Position numbers and translations under genes: made by a program. Below the pieces are notes generated by a model. It made no database searches and was not told where the DNA came from. It saw nothing but the letters and a program-made list of their open reading frames with translations. From contig MU058037.1 of NCBI GenBank assembly GCA_013265495.1, positions 1,303,498 through 1,367,497 on the forward strand: a stretch of 64,000 nucleotides of DNA, written 5' to 3'. Origin of the DNA: Vicugna vicugna. Lineage: Eukaryota. Positions 45,089 through 58,039 of this stretch are shown here, one piece after another; within the stretch, counting starts at the first letter, position 1, and every line of letters begins with the position of its first letter.

Positions 45089-46390
45089 AAAGGAAGCAGG
45101 ACACCAGTTTGAACAGAACACTGTGCCTACAGGTTAGGCTGCTGGGTACACTGGATTCTTATTTTCTCACTATGCAAGAGCTGTGAGGCTCATGCATTCT
45201 TTCCAGGCCATCACATGTCTTGAACATGACTCATTTTACCAATGAGACATTATTTCTAACACCCCTTAAGTTAATATAAAAGCCCCAGGGAAGATTCAGA
45301 TGGCCATGTTGGCATAGCTACCCTGGAATGTGGATGACAGATTAGAGCCCTTTGGTATTCACTAACTGCCCTTGGGGTGTAGATTAAAGTACATTTTCAC
45401 TCACAGATCTAACCATTCCTGTGTTCCTCTCCCCGCCACTAATCTCCATGAATGATATTATAAACATCCTTCATGGAAATAAAATAACTCAATAAAATCC
45501 CTGTCACTCAGAGTAAAGCAGTGCACAAGGTTATTAAGCCATTGTTTCTCAATTTCAAACTCTTCCTTGTGATGCTGGGGCGGGGGTTCTGCAAACATTT
45601 CCACTTTGCCAGCTGTCCCTGTTAGGCTGTGCCTGTGGGGGCACTGGAGACAGACTGCAAAGCTAGAAGACGGAGGAGGGACTGCTCCTTCCGTGTCTGG
45701 CATCAGCTGGCGACTACACTTCACTTTATCAGTAGCAATGGCTTCCAGCACCAATTGGTTCCACTTTCCAGGCTGTTTATAGCCCTCCTAGAGCCAGCTC
45801 GTCATGCTCTCCTCAGCTCCACGAGGCTGTCTTCTCCTGTGTCTAGACCCCAGCACCAGCCAAGTAACTGCCCCCTTGGAGGTCTGGGACCCAGCTCCGT
45901 GGGGCCCCTCCTCTGAGCTTCGAGGCTCCAGCACTCTGACTTCTTTCCTGTATTTCCTCAGCCTTGGGGCTGGTACCTATTTCTTGCAGTTACTGTCTTT
46001 GTTTTACCTCAGTGTCCCCATCTGGCTTTTCCAACCCTCCAACACTTGCTTTACTAAACCCGTATATTAAATTTTCCCTGTTAAAATAACTGGCCTGGGT
46101 TCTATTTTCATACTGGATGCTGAAAAATACAGTCGGGGTCTAAAAATAAGAACCGAAGCAGAAAGAAAACATATTCTAAGAGCTTTACAAAGAGAATTTC
46201 AACCCAAAAGGTTGGCTTAGAAGGAAAGGACTAGTAGAATATGATTATCTTTGGATAGCCCAAGATCTAAAATGTCAGTAGGGCAGGCCTGTATAAGCTA
46301 ATCAGAAGATTTTCCAAAATCTAGTTAGCACAGTGACCTGCAGCAGATAATGGGGAAGCAGGCACTAAGTGTCTAGGAAGTATAGATGGT

Positions 46391-46935
46391 GTGTTACAGT
46401 CTCCAAAGATGGCCCCAGGAATTCCTTGTCTCTCTCCATGCACACGCCACTCTTTACGTCAGGTAGAACTTATTTCCCTTCCCTGTGAATCTGAGCTTGC
46501 CTTTCAACTGGCTTCATGCTGACATTCTGGGAATTCTGAGCCCCATCATTAAGAGGACTGGCAGCTTATGCTTTGTCCTCTGGGGTTGCTTTTCCTGGAG
46601 ACACTCCCTCTCATAACCCAGGCACTATACTGTGAGCAGCCTGAGCCACATAGGGAGGCCACATAAAGGAGACCTGAGGTATGCTGGTAAACAGCCCCAG
46701 TAGGGATCCCAGGGGAAGGCCAGCAGTTCCTGCCAGCCATGTGAGTGAGCCATCTTGAATGTTTCAGACCAGGTGGATCCCCAAATGACTGCGGTCCCAC
46801 AGGACATCATGTGGAGCAGGAGAACGACCCAGCTGAGCTCAGTCAACCAAGGGATGGGTGAAAGAGAAAGAAGGGGTTACTTAAATCCCTCAATTTTGGA
46901 GCATGTTGTTTACAGCAAAGAGATCCAAAACAGAC
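46391..46935 (+). mobile_element. MaLR (MLT1-like) LTR
   Basis: ctccaaagatggcccc start, agccatgtgagtgagccatcttg core, ttgtttacagca...aaca end. Confidence 0.7.
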
Positions 46936-47845
46936 AGGAAGTCCAGTTCCTAGATACTGAGAGGCTAAGATCACTGACAGGAAATCACGGTTACTAATGT
47001 TGGTCCAACTCACCCCAGCAGGAGTATTTGTACCTCTACCAAGTGATTCTTTTTAAGATTGTACAGCAGGGTGAAAATTTAATTAGATCATCTGCTACCA
47101 GCATTTAGGGAAGGCTCTAAATCCTTTGGGAGGCTGCTTGGGAGATGGAAGATGGAAGATGAAGCACATGGACACAGTGAAAGGAGACAACAAAGATACA
47201 GGCAAAATCGCCTACATAGAAATGGATAGGAATCCCTGGAGTGAGTAAAGACAGGAAAGAGGAGAAGGGGAAGTAGAGGGTGAGAAAGTAAGTCAGCGAG
47301 TTAGCAAGGACTAGGGTGAGAGTCAGGCTGAGAATGAGGGGCAGGGTCAACAGGATGCTTGAGAAATTCCTGGTGGTGGGAGGGTGGATGACTTTTAGAA
47401 CAAGGTCCTCCAGTACTTGGTTATGTGCTGTCAACTTGGGCCTTGGGAGAATGTTTTCTGTTGAAATTGATGTGGCAGTGAGACCATAGATTCAGAAAAT
47501 TTTGACAAAGAAATATTTGACATTTGCTAAAAAAAAAATTCGTGTGAGAAGAAAGGAGGAGAATAGCTCTGAGCTAGAGCCAAAGGTCAATTTGCCTCAG
47601 TTCTTAACACATCAGCTTTAGTGCTTCTCTTATTCCTCGGTACCGTCCAGGATGCCCCCCCCCGCCCCCACCCCTTCCCAGAAATTGTTTTGGGGTCCAC
47701 AGGGAACAGAGACTCTTGTATTCATAAAGAAATATGCACAACTTCAAAAAGCAATTCAAGTATACATTTGGAAAATCAAGAGAGTCAAAGTAAACAGAAC
47801 AAGTGTTCACCTGAAAAATATTCAGGTGACTATTAAAAAGAAAGA

Positions 47846-48130
47846 ATGATAATGTTCATCGCAGCACTATTTACGATAGCTAAGACATGGAAACAACCCA
47901 AATGTCCATCGACAGATGACTGGATAAAGAAGATGTGGTATATATACACAATGGAATACTACTCAGCCATAAAAAAGAATAAAAATGCCATTTGCAGCAA
48001 CATGGATGGACCTGAAGACTGTCATTCTAAGTGAAGTGGGCCGGAAGAGAAAGAAAAATGCCATATGACATTATTTATATGAAGGATCTAATTAATAATA
48101 ATAATAATAAGGACACAAATGAACTAATTA
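47846..48130 (+). mobile_element. L1 3' fragment
   Basis: MFIAALFTIAKTWKQPKCPSTDDWIKKMWYIYTMEYYSAIKKN, the L1 ORF2 C-terminus. Confidence 0.88.
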
Positions 48131-50551
48131 TTATTTTGATTCCTTGAATATATATAAACACATTTGACTGTCCCTTATGATTAGATTACCACATTCTGTT
48201 GATTCTTATTTTGTAGTTGGCTTTATTCCTTTGATAACTATGTAAGTTTAAAAAGCTAGAGATCTAATCTGTTTTTAGAAACCATAATTAGTACATATAT
48301 GAAAACTAAAAAAGTGCAATATACTGTATATATGTATTTACATGCAATATAATGTGTATGTGCAGTCAAACTGTAATAATTCTACATACTAAAACTGAAA
48401 AAGGGAAAAAAAAAAAGAATGACAGTATTCACACCATGTGGTGGTGTGCTCCAGACCCTGGCTAGTGAGAGGGTCCCTATTCTAGCCGGCAGGAACTTCT
48501 GGTCTCTAAGCTGGAAGGCACCTTGAGAGCCATAGAATTCAGTCCTTTACTTTCCTGATTGTGAAAGTGAAGCTCAGAGAGGTGAAGTGACTTGGCCAAG
48601 GTCAAGAGCTGGTTATGCAGCATAGCTGGTAAGGAAACCCTGCTTTTTGACTCTAATTCTAGGCCTCTTCTGAGAAATAATTTCATGTACTTGTGGTAGA
48701 TTATATTACTGCTCCCATAATACCCTTCTCCTGTGGTTCATGGTCTCTTTTCCTTTTACCTCACCAGCCTTAGTGACTAGGACTTGGAGCAGTCCTGTGC
48801 TAGACATGTAGTATGAGGAGACATAGCCTTTGCCAGTTGTAAGCCACAGACATTTTGGACTTGTTTTTACCACAGGCTAACCTAGCCTATCCTGACTATT
48901 GCAATTTCCTTCTGCCTTATGAGCAAGCTGACGTGCAAGTGAGGGAATGTCTTATCCATTGGCCTGCCTGGAAACTACATTTCCATTCAAGCTATTGATT
49001 TGGAATGCTGCTACAAAATCATCTCCTATGAGTCTAGGTTAGATCTGAATGGATCTAATCAATCTGGTTAACTGAAGCATCAGAGCCAGGAATTTAGAAA
49101 AGAGAGAGTGACCTTGAAGCCTTTCCTGACTAACCCTTCCTCCACTAGAGAAAAAGCAAGGGAGAGAGGTAGGAGGGTGAGGAGAAGAGGGCCAGGCCAA
49201 GAAAGGGAGTAGGGGATTGCAGACAGGCCAAATTTCCTGACTTTATACTTCGGTGTAGGGCCAATCTTGAGAGTTAGCTCTGTACCTGAGCCTTAGAAGG
49301 TTCTTCCTTCCCTGATACCATGTGGCCCACCATCTCTCAGGAGGCCGTTCCTAATCCCTAATCAGGGGCAGAAGGAAATTTTGAAATGGTGGCTTTGGGA
49401 CTCTATCTTAAACATTACATTTCAATTTCCATCCTAGCAGTCCAAAACTTTTTATGTATTCTATATTGCTCATTGTTTCATAATCAATTTTAAATTATCA
49501 CAGAGGTTGAATTAGGGTAGTCATTGGTTATTACTTATCACGTTATGTCATTAATGTCACCCATGTGTGTCATTAAAGTGAATCAGCTTAAGGTGAGGTA
49601 ATGGTGACCCTAGAATTGAATTATGTCATCAGAGAGTCACCCTTTGGCTGAAAATATTGTACACCTGCCTTGTGACTCACACATTATCCAGAAGCAAATC
49701 CCAAACACCCAATTTAGATAAAATACTATTTCTGAGCTTTTAGAATTTTGGTAATCCCCTTGTCAGAGGCCGAGTTACCTAAAGGTGTCCCCAAAGTCAG
49801 AGGGTGATTCACTTTCATTATGACAACTTCAAAACCCTAGGTCATTAAACAGTCCTCATATTTTAACCCAAATTTTATATATTTTAAGAAGTCAGGAGTA
49901 ACCTTTAAAAGGAGCCCTGAAGGAAATCAAGATGTATAAAAAGCCTTCTTAAAATGAATTTTATATTTGGTACTTCACGGACGAGAAAGGCACAAAGCAA
50001 TTAAAACAGACAGGAGCAAGCTTTGTGTTTCAAATATCGACACCTCCTGACTCCAGCAGTTAAGACCAAAGCTATTTCACGTCAGCATTGGGCAGGCAGC
50101 CATAAAATCTCTCTGAAGTAACTGCATAAGAAATAAGATGTTTTGTTTATGTACTGTTAGAAGTTCATGAAGACTCCATCACGTGGGAATGTTAAGTATA
50201 ATCCAAGTGACAGCTCTATCCTAACATACGCCATGTCTGATCTTGCCTGGCCTGGAGCAGCCCAGCCATGGGGACTACTCTTTTCACAAATATTTGGATT
50301 AGACACTCTCCATTTGGGCTTCTAACTAACACAGTGTGTCATGTCCAGATGAAGTGGTCGTCACTGCCCGATGGGTGCCACCACGACCTTCCACCACAGC
50401 ACTAGGGAAAGGCACCAGACACTGGGGGCCAAGGACTGAATGAATGACAGTGCCCAGCATTCCTTCTTTACCCACGTGCTTCCTACTGCCTCTGTGAGCT
50501 GCATTTTTGCCATGTTTGGTTCAAAGGACTGCAAAGTTTACTTGGATAAAG

Positions 50552-50800
50552 ACAGCATAGTGCTTAAGAGCATGGATTCCGGGGCCAGGCTGCCCTGCTT
50601 CAAATCCTGGTTCTGCCATTTATGAGCTGTGTGCCTTTGAGCAAGTTCCTTAACCTTTCTGTGTCTCAGTTTCCTTGTACAGAAAATGAGTAGTACACTT
50701 ATAAGGTCATTATGAGGATTAAATGAGTTTGGGCATCTAAAGGGCACAGAGCATGCTGTTCCTGGCTCATAGTAAATGCTACCTAAGTGTCAGCTATCAC
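50552..50800 (+). mobile_element. MIR SINE
   Basis: ttcaaatcctggttctgccatttatgagctgtgt...ctcagtttcctt...tgaggattaaatgag core. Confidence 0.8.
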
Positions 50801-53456
50801 TGGTTAGCTGTCATTGCTTCTGGTGACAGTTGCTGTGATTTGGAATTGCATCTGTCAGGAAAGGGTCTATCTGGTTTATCAGGACATTCAGTTGCCAGGA
50901 CACCTAGAAAGCCTATCACAGGAACTAATTTGAGGCCCTGGCTTCCCCAGGGACAACTGAGGAGACCAGCATTTTAGGGGCAGTTTCACTAAACTTTGTT
51001 GCTGGGTAGGGCCTGGTAGCCCCAGCATGGTAATGGCACCTCCATCACCTGACTGGGGCCAGGGCAGGAGTTCCTGACATCGATGCAAGGATGGACAGTG
51101 AACAGGCAGCAGCAGCTAAGCTCCTGGAAGGGGATGATGATGGACTTCACCATTATTTCTTATATGAAGAGAGTATTTCATGCACACAGTTTGAGGTTAA
51201 GGGGATTGTTCCAAAAACATTTGTCTGTGCTAATGACCGTCAACCAACGTTTTAGTCCTGTACAGGCCCTGAGCCATCTGAACAGGAGTGTTAAAAGCCC
51301 CAGCCTTGTTGGAAATGGGGATCTGGAGTTGTCTGGCTGCCCAAGCCTGGAATCTGGGGTGCTGCTGAGTGGGGAGAACTTGGACCCCAGTATATTCCAT
51401 CAAAGTGCAGTCTCCCTGCCACAATGTGACAGATACTGTTGGCTGGTTATCCTAGAACCATTCCTCTTTATCCTTTGCCTACCTCACACTGTAGAAGTGC
51501 AAAGTCAAACACCACGTGTTCTTGTGGGTAGTCAGGTGACACAGCTCTGGCCAAGGAGACATAAGGAGAACTCTTCAGAAAAATATTTTCCCCTGCATTC
51601 TGCCTTAGGGGACATTTATGTGAGGATATGATGCTTACAGCTGTGATAACCATTTTGTGACCATTAGATAGCAAGTCCAAGGGCAAAAAAGCCAATATGC
51701 TGAGTAATGGTAGAGGGGAAGGATGGAAAAACCTGAAATCTCTATGTCCTTGATGAGCTGCTGAACAAATCCTGGACTGCTTATCTCTGGACTCTATTTT
51801 AAACAGTAGATGATCTTCAGATGTAAGCCACTGTTAGCTGTTTTCCTGTCACTTACAGCCACAAGCATTTCCCAATTTTACCTTAACTTTCACTCTGTGT
51901 GTCTAGTTTGTGTACCTGAACTGCTGTCTTTTCTCCTGATTTGCATACCCTTCAGCCCTGAGTTGGGCCCTTGTTTGACCAGGTGTTGGTACCCTTCCCA
52001 GCTCTTGAATTTCTCTCTCTCCAAGGTGCTGGAGTTGACTATCCTCAGCCACTAACCAAGACCCAAGGGTGCTCCGCTTACCTACACGCAGGTGCAGAAT
52101 CTGGCCATTCTCGCCGTGGTGTCCCATTCACTGAATCGCACCCTTTCTGTGCTGATGTCCTTCCAGATCTAAGACTTTCCTTTTATTTGGAACATTGTGA
52201 TTTGAACTACAGGCCACCCAAGGCAAGACCAGCTCCCTTAGTTCCAGGCTTGCCCAGTTCTGTCTTCTGCATACCTTCCTGATAAACCTTTGGCCAGGGT
52301 GACATCTCAGCATAGCTGCTGGGACTCATACAACCTGGAAAGTTTAGGCCCAGAAACAGCTCCTCTCAGTGCTGAAAATCTGCGTTCTCAGTGCCCTGCT
52401 CCTTCGAATTTCTCATGCTACTGACTTCGTTTTGACCTTGGCCAAGAAACCTGATCTTAATCCCTGCACTGCATCTGTTCAGCATGGTAGTTTGGAAAAG
52501 AGGCCTGGATTTTAAGACTGAGGAGGTTTTGGCTCTAGTCCTGTCTCTTCCACAAACAAATCAAACTAGGCTGCTACTGATCCTTTCTGGGCTTCTATTT
52601 GCCGTGTACAAAATGGAGCAGTGAGCCTTTGACTGACACTGCTATTTACATATTCTAGGAAGTGAATTGCAAACTTAGAGACACAATAAAAATTATAGAG
52701 TACACCTTAAAGAAATTACTTAGAACATTGAGGGACCTTTCCATAACTATTCACAGTGTCGTTCTAAATTTGAGGTTTGGGGAGTATTAATGAAAATTTC
52801 ACTGGAGCCCATCTTAATTTTTTAAAAATCACATTAATTTTCCTCCCAGGGTTTTCTAACACACCAGAAATAAATTACAGAAAGGAGAAGAAAAATAGCA
52901 CTAAACAGTAATTCTTCCCAGCTGTAAACGTTGCTTTTCATGTGAATTAAGTCTTTGATCCCTAAAAATCTGTTTTGCTCTTGGACAAATTCCAGAGACA
53001 CTGCCTTCTTGGGGAAGCACCAGTGCCAGGGAAAGAATGGCTGTTCGGGGATGAAATTTCTCCCACGATTGTGCTGATCCAAGGAAGAAGCTTGAGGAAT
53101 GGGGGTGGAGGCACAAGCTCTGTGTTGCCACGTTGTAATGCAAGGTGCCTTATCCCTTTTTCAATGTACTCTGCTCCTTCTCTTCACTGTTGTAAGGAAT
53201 GCAGGCCCTGACTCTTTTCCTTATGAGTGTATTTGTCTTTGTAACTCTGCAGGACCGTGGCAGTCATGCTGAATAAACTCTGCTGGAAATGGCAAGGCCT
53301 TTTATCCTTATGTAAGCTCATCTGTTTTTCATATCTGAGCGTTTCCATGTGCCAGTTATGGTCCACAGATGTCCTGAAAGGCACAGCGGGTGCAGGGCAC
53401 CAAAAAAACAAAGCCCATTTGGGGTAACTCAGATTGTGCTGGTGATGGAGACTACT

Positions 53457-54335
53457 TTTTTTTTCTAATTTTGTTTTTTTATTGCAGTGTAGTTGATTTT
53501 CAATGTTAGTTCCAGGTGTACAACAAAGTGATTCAGTTATACACACACATATATTCTTTTTCATATCTTTTCTATTATGTTATTATGAGATATTGAATAT
53601 AGTTCCCTGTGCTGTACAGTAGGTCCTTGTTGTTTTTCTACTGTATATATAGCAGTGTGTATCTGTTAATCCCCAGCTCCTAATTTATCCCTTCCCCGCC
53701 CGTTCTCCTTTGGTAACCATAAGTTTGTTTTCTATGTCCGTGGAGACTGCTTTTTTTTTAAACAGATTTTAAAGTTATGGCAAAATATATGTAACATAAT
53801 ATTGGTCATGTTAACTGTTTGCAAGTGTACAATTCACTGGCATTAATTATATTCAGGATACTGTGCACCCATCACCATGATCTACACCCTAAACTTTTTC
53901 ATCATCCCCAATAGAAACTCTGTACCCATTAAAAAATAGCTCCTTGTTCTTTCCTTCCTGCAGCCCTTGGTAACCTCTATTCTGCTCTCGTTCTATGAAT
54001 TTACCTATTCTAGATATTTCACATAAGTAGAATCATATATTTGTCCTTTTATGTCTGACTTCTTTCACTTAGCATAATGTTTTAAAGGTTCATCCATGTT
54101 GTGGCATCTGTCAGATTCCATTCCTTTTTATGGCTGAATAATGTTCCATTGTATGGTAAGGTCACCTTGTGTTTACCTATTTATCTGCCGATAGACACTT
54201 GGGCTGTTCCCACCTTTTGGCTATTACGAATAGTGCTGCTACAAACATTTGTGCACAGAGATCTGTTTGAGTCTCTGCTTTCAGTTCTTTGGGGTATATA
54301 CCTAGGAGTGGGCCTGCTGAGTCATGTGGTTTTTA
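53457..54335 (-). mobile_element. Two adjacent antisense L1 3' fragments
   Basis: T-rich starts; tagttgatt...tattgaatatagttccctgtgct; second older fragment with cttagcataatgttt...catccatgttgtggca. Confidence 0.8.
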
Positions 54336-57300
54336 CATGTTGACACGGTGTCAGTAGTACCCACACAGGCAGTAAGGGTTTGTCAAGACAGGACACGTAG
54401 CCACATCCAGCCACATCCAGAGGGCTGAGGCAAGGATCAGAGCCAAGTGCAAGAAGAAATTGCTGGAAGAGAGGAGTCATGAGGTTCTCCTATAAGATGC
54501 TGAGATTCAGTCAGGCCCACAGTGAAGCCAGAAGCAGCCAGGTGAAGTGTCCCTTTGTAGAAAGACTGCAAGAGCTCCAGGGAGGGTGGAGCAGAGCAGA
54601 CAGGGAGACTGAGCAGCCAGGAAGGCGAGATGCAGAGGGTCAAAGGGTGGCCATGTAGTAAAGAACCAGAGGATCCACAGGAACCAAGTGGCAGGGAGAG
54701 TGGGGGTCAGAGGCCACACTAGCTGTCCAGGAAGCAATATGGGCCCGGGAAACAGACAAGCCTTGATCCTGTGGACATTTCCCCCCAAGCTAGAAAGCCT
54801 CTTCTATCCCTCCTGCTGATACAGGGAGAAAGCACTGATGGCTTTTGGCTGGTGAGGGAGGGTATGTAGATAAGGGTCGACCCTGACCTAAGCTTTCCAG
54901 TGGGAAAGGGTCTCCAAAGCACTTTCCTTTTGGAGACCAAAGTGAGCAGCTAAAGCTCAGGATGACCCACCACCCTGGACTGTGATATGAACAACTACTA
55001 CACAACAGTATGTTTTTATGCTAGATTGCACCCAAGGGTAAGTATATTGCATCTGTACCAAGCAAATTTTCTTTTAGGAGGCCAAGAGACACACACACTG
55101 AATTCTAGGTGATGACTAATTCTCAACTACTTGGCTTAAAGATAACTACAGAGGCCATTCCAGGCCATTGCCATTGCGGTCAGTAATTCCATGAGGGCAC
55201 AAAGCAGGTGGCAGCCTAATCCCCTGCCGTACAGCCTGCTGGGAAAGGAGTTCACACCCTCATCTCCAGGTTCATCCCTGGGGCAGGGGCAACAATAGAA
55301 AAGGTCATCTAGTGAAGACAGCCAGGAGAACAGATGCCCCGGACAAATCCTGGGGAGCCGAGCGCTCAGCCAGAACTGTACAGCTCTGTACGTTTGGGCA
55401 CACTGAGCGACGCTACATAAATCCTGGATGGTACAAAACCTGCTTGGCTGGAAACCTCAGGTGGTTTTCGAAGCGGCCTTCTAGACCAAATTATTTCTGG
55501 GGTCAGAAGTTGCAAAGCCCAATCAGGCCCTATCTGTCAGCTTATTGCGACTAATTTATACTAAAAAGAGTATCCAGATATTAGGAAAGGTTCCTCTGCC
55601 ACATCCCTGCTACAGAGAATCGCACCAGTGCTTCCAGAAAGCACCCGAATCCTGTTTCGAATTTTCACAATGCATAAGCCAAGCAGAGAGAATGTACATT
55701 ATGAGAGAATTCAGCTCGTGTTCCTTCCCTCAGGCATTCTAAAACAGGCCGCAAGAGGAATGGGTTCAGCTGCAGAAAGTCCTGTGCCTTCCGGCATCTG
55801 ATGTGTTTTTTCAGGCCAGCCCCTTTCTCTGGTGGGGTCTCACACCCTCCCGCTTTGTGCAAATCTGAGCTCCTCTAGGCTCGGAGATGACTTTTATGAA
55901 ACTCTCCCTGGGATTGCTTGCTGCTCCCACAGTCTTCTCTCTCCTCTGAAAACCTAGTCACTTTCCAGATTTCGTTTTATTTGTGTACCTTAAAATCTCC
56001 TCCACCGTCTGGTAAACATCTTGAAGTCACATGCTTTTTCCTTCATTTTTCTATTTCCCCAGTATGCCTTGCAGTTAAGAGGCATGCAGGAGATATTTAT
56101 AGAGATATTTCCTGAATAAATTCATGAATATAGAAGCAAATTATATTTAGCACAACTTTTTGGAATCCCTATTCCATACAGTTGTGCTAGTATATTTTGG
56201 GAAAGAGTTCCTAAGTATCTGGCTTAGATGCGCAGTGTTTCAATATATCTACTTTTCCCCTGCCTTTTTCTTAGTAGAAAAAGCACCATCTGCTGCGTAG
56301 TATTACTTAACTAATTAATTAAATGATTAATTAGGTCCTAAATGCGTTCGAAGCTCCTCCTTCTTCAGGCTGGCGAACTCCTCCTTTCTGTCCTCTGTTT
56401 TCTACTGCCTGTGCCTTAGTTTTCTCAGCAGTGAAATAGGTCTGTATGTTACCTCACGAGGTTGACATTGTGAACACAAAATAATACAGTGATTCGAAAT
56501 GTTTGGAAAAGCGATCAGTGCCAGGCAAAATGATCCTGGACCAGGAACCTTTCAAACCACTGTGTAGAATGACACATTTGACTGTCTGGGGGAAGACAGG
56601 GCCATAGAAGAAGTTATCAGCCATAATGAGCTCTGGGGAGACTATGCACCATGAGTTTTGCGAGGAACAGGCAGAGAGCAGGACTAAGGACATTTCCTCC
56701 ATTAATCATGGGCAGCAGAACAGAGCTCTCCTGTGTACCCACTTAATCAAAACAGCACACCTCCCCTCCAAAGCAGCCAGCACCTAAACCACACAACTGA
56801 GTTATTTCAAAGTCACAGGAGTTGCCTTCCAGAACAAGACAGCCTATTAAAAAATGAATAATGTGCATTTCTTCCTGGAAAGAACAAATCAATACCCCTC
56901 AGTAGGCCCAGTGCCACCCACCAGCCTCTGCACAGTAGTTCGCCTTTATCCAGAAGGAGGGGACGGAAAGGACTCCGCAGTGAAAACAGTTCACATCTCT
57001 CCCCTCAGAGGCTGAGTCTGAAGCAAAGGAAGTTCACCTCCCCCAAAGAGTTCATTATACATCTCAGCTATGATGGATTCTCTGGGGGCAAATATTTCCT
57101 TCTGAACTCCATGTAGACGTTAGGCTCGGATTACTCAGAGAAGTACAAGCGTTCATTTTATAGATTCAACTACCAATCCCTTTACAGTTCCATTCAGTTA
57201 AACAGACATGCATTTTTAGTCTAATATTTCTGAGTTTCTTCTATGCACCAGACACTGTGCTAAACATTCTTTATGAATTGTCACTTAATTCTCTTATTTT

Positions 57301-58039
57301 ATAAAGAAGGAGATTGACACCAGACAGTGTAAGTTGTATGCCCAAAGTTCCACAGCTGGTAAACAGGAGAGCTGGATTCTGAACCTGCATCTCTGGGGCT
57401 CCAGGGTCCTTTCTTTTAACCACTAGGCTACACTGTCATTTGCTGTTGGCAGGCAGTGTATTTAGTGCTAATAAGCACAGAGGAATGAATCAGATTGGCT
57501 TCTTGCCCCCAAGTGAGAGAGGCTGGTATATTATCTTGCCTATCTTACTTAACTTAAATTTAGAGTTTACTGGATATCATAACCCACTGTAAGGTAGAAA
57601 CTGAAGGGCCACCGAGCTGAAGGTCTTGTCCAAAGTCTGGTTAGTGAGTGACAGAATAGGGATTCGAACCCAGGCGACATAATCTGACTCCACAGACGGT
57701 GCCACATTTCTCCCTGCAAATATTTGCAAATAGGCATTCACCCAAGGTGTGATGATCTCTTTAACTGAGTAAGTAGAGTATAACATAAAATTATGGCTTG
57801 GGGTGAGGAGTCAGGGACAGCAGATTTGGGGCTTACATGGTGCTACCAAGGGAGGTGGCAGAGGTGAGAAGGGCATTCCTTGCCACAGGCCCCAAGAGCA
57901 GGAAAGTGTATCTGTGTCCATCACACACAGCTCCTCACTTCAGTGCTGCTTTCAGAGTGACCCGATGGCCCAGACATTGCAGAGCAGTCTCCCAAGACCA
58001 GTGGTTTGGTTTGTCGTTTTCTGGTTTTGTTCCGGTTTT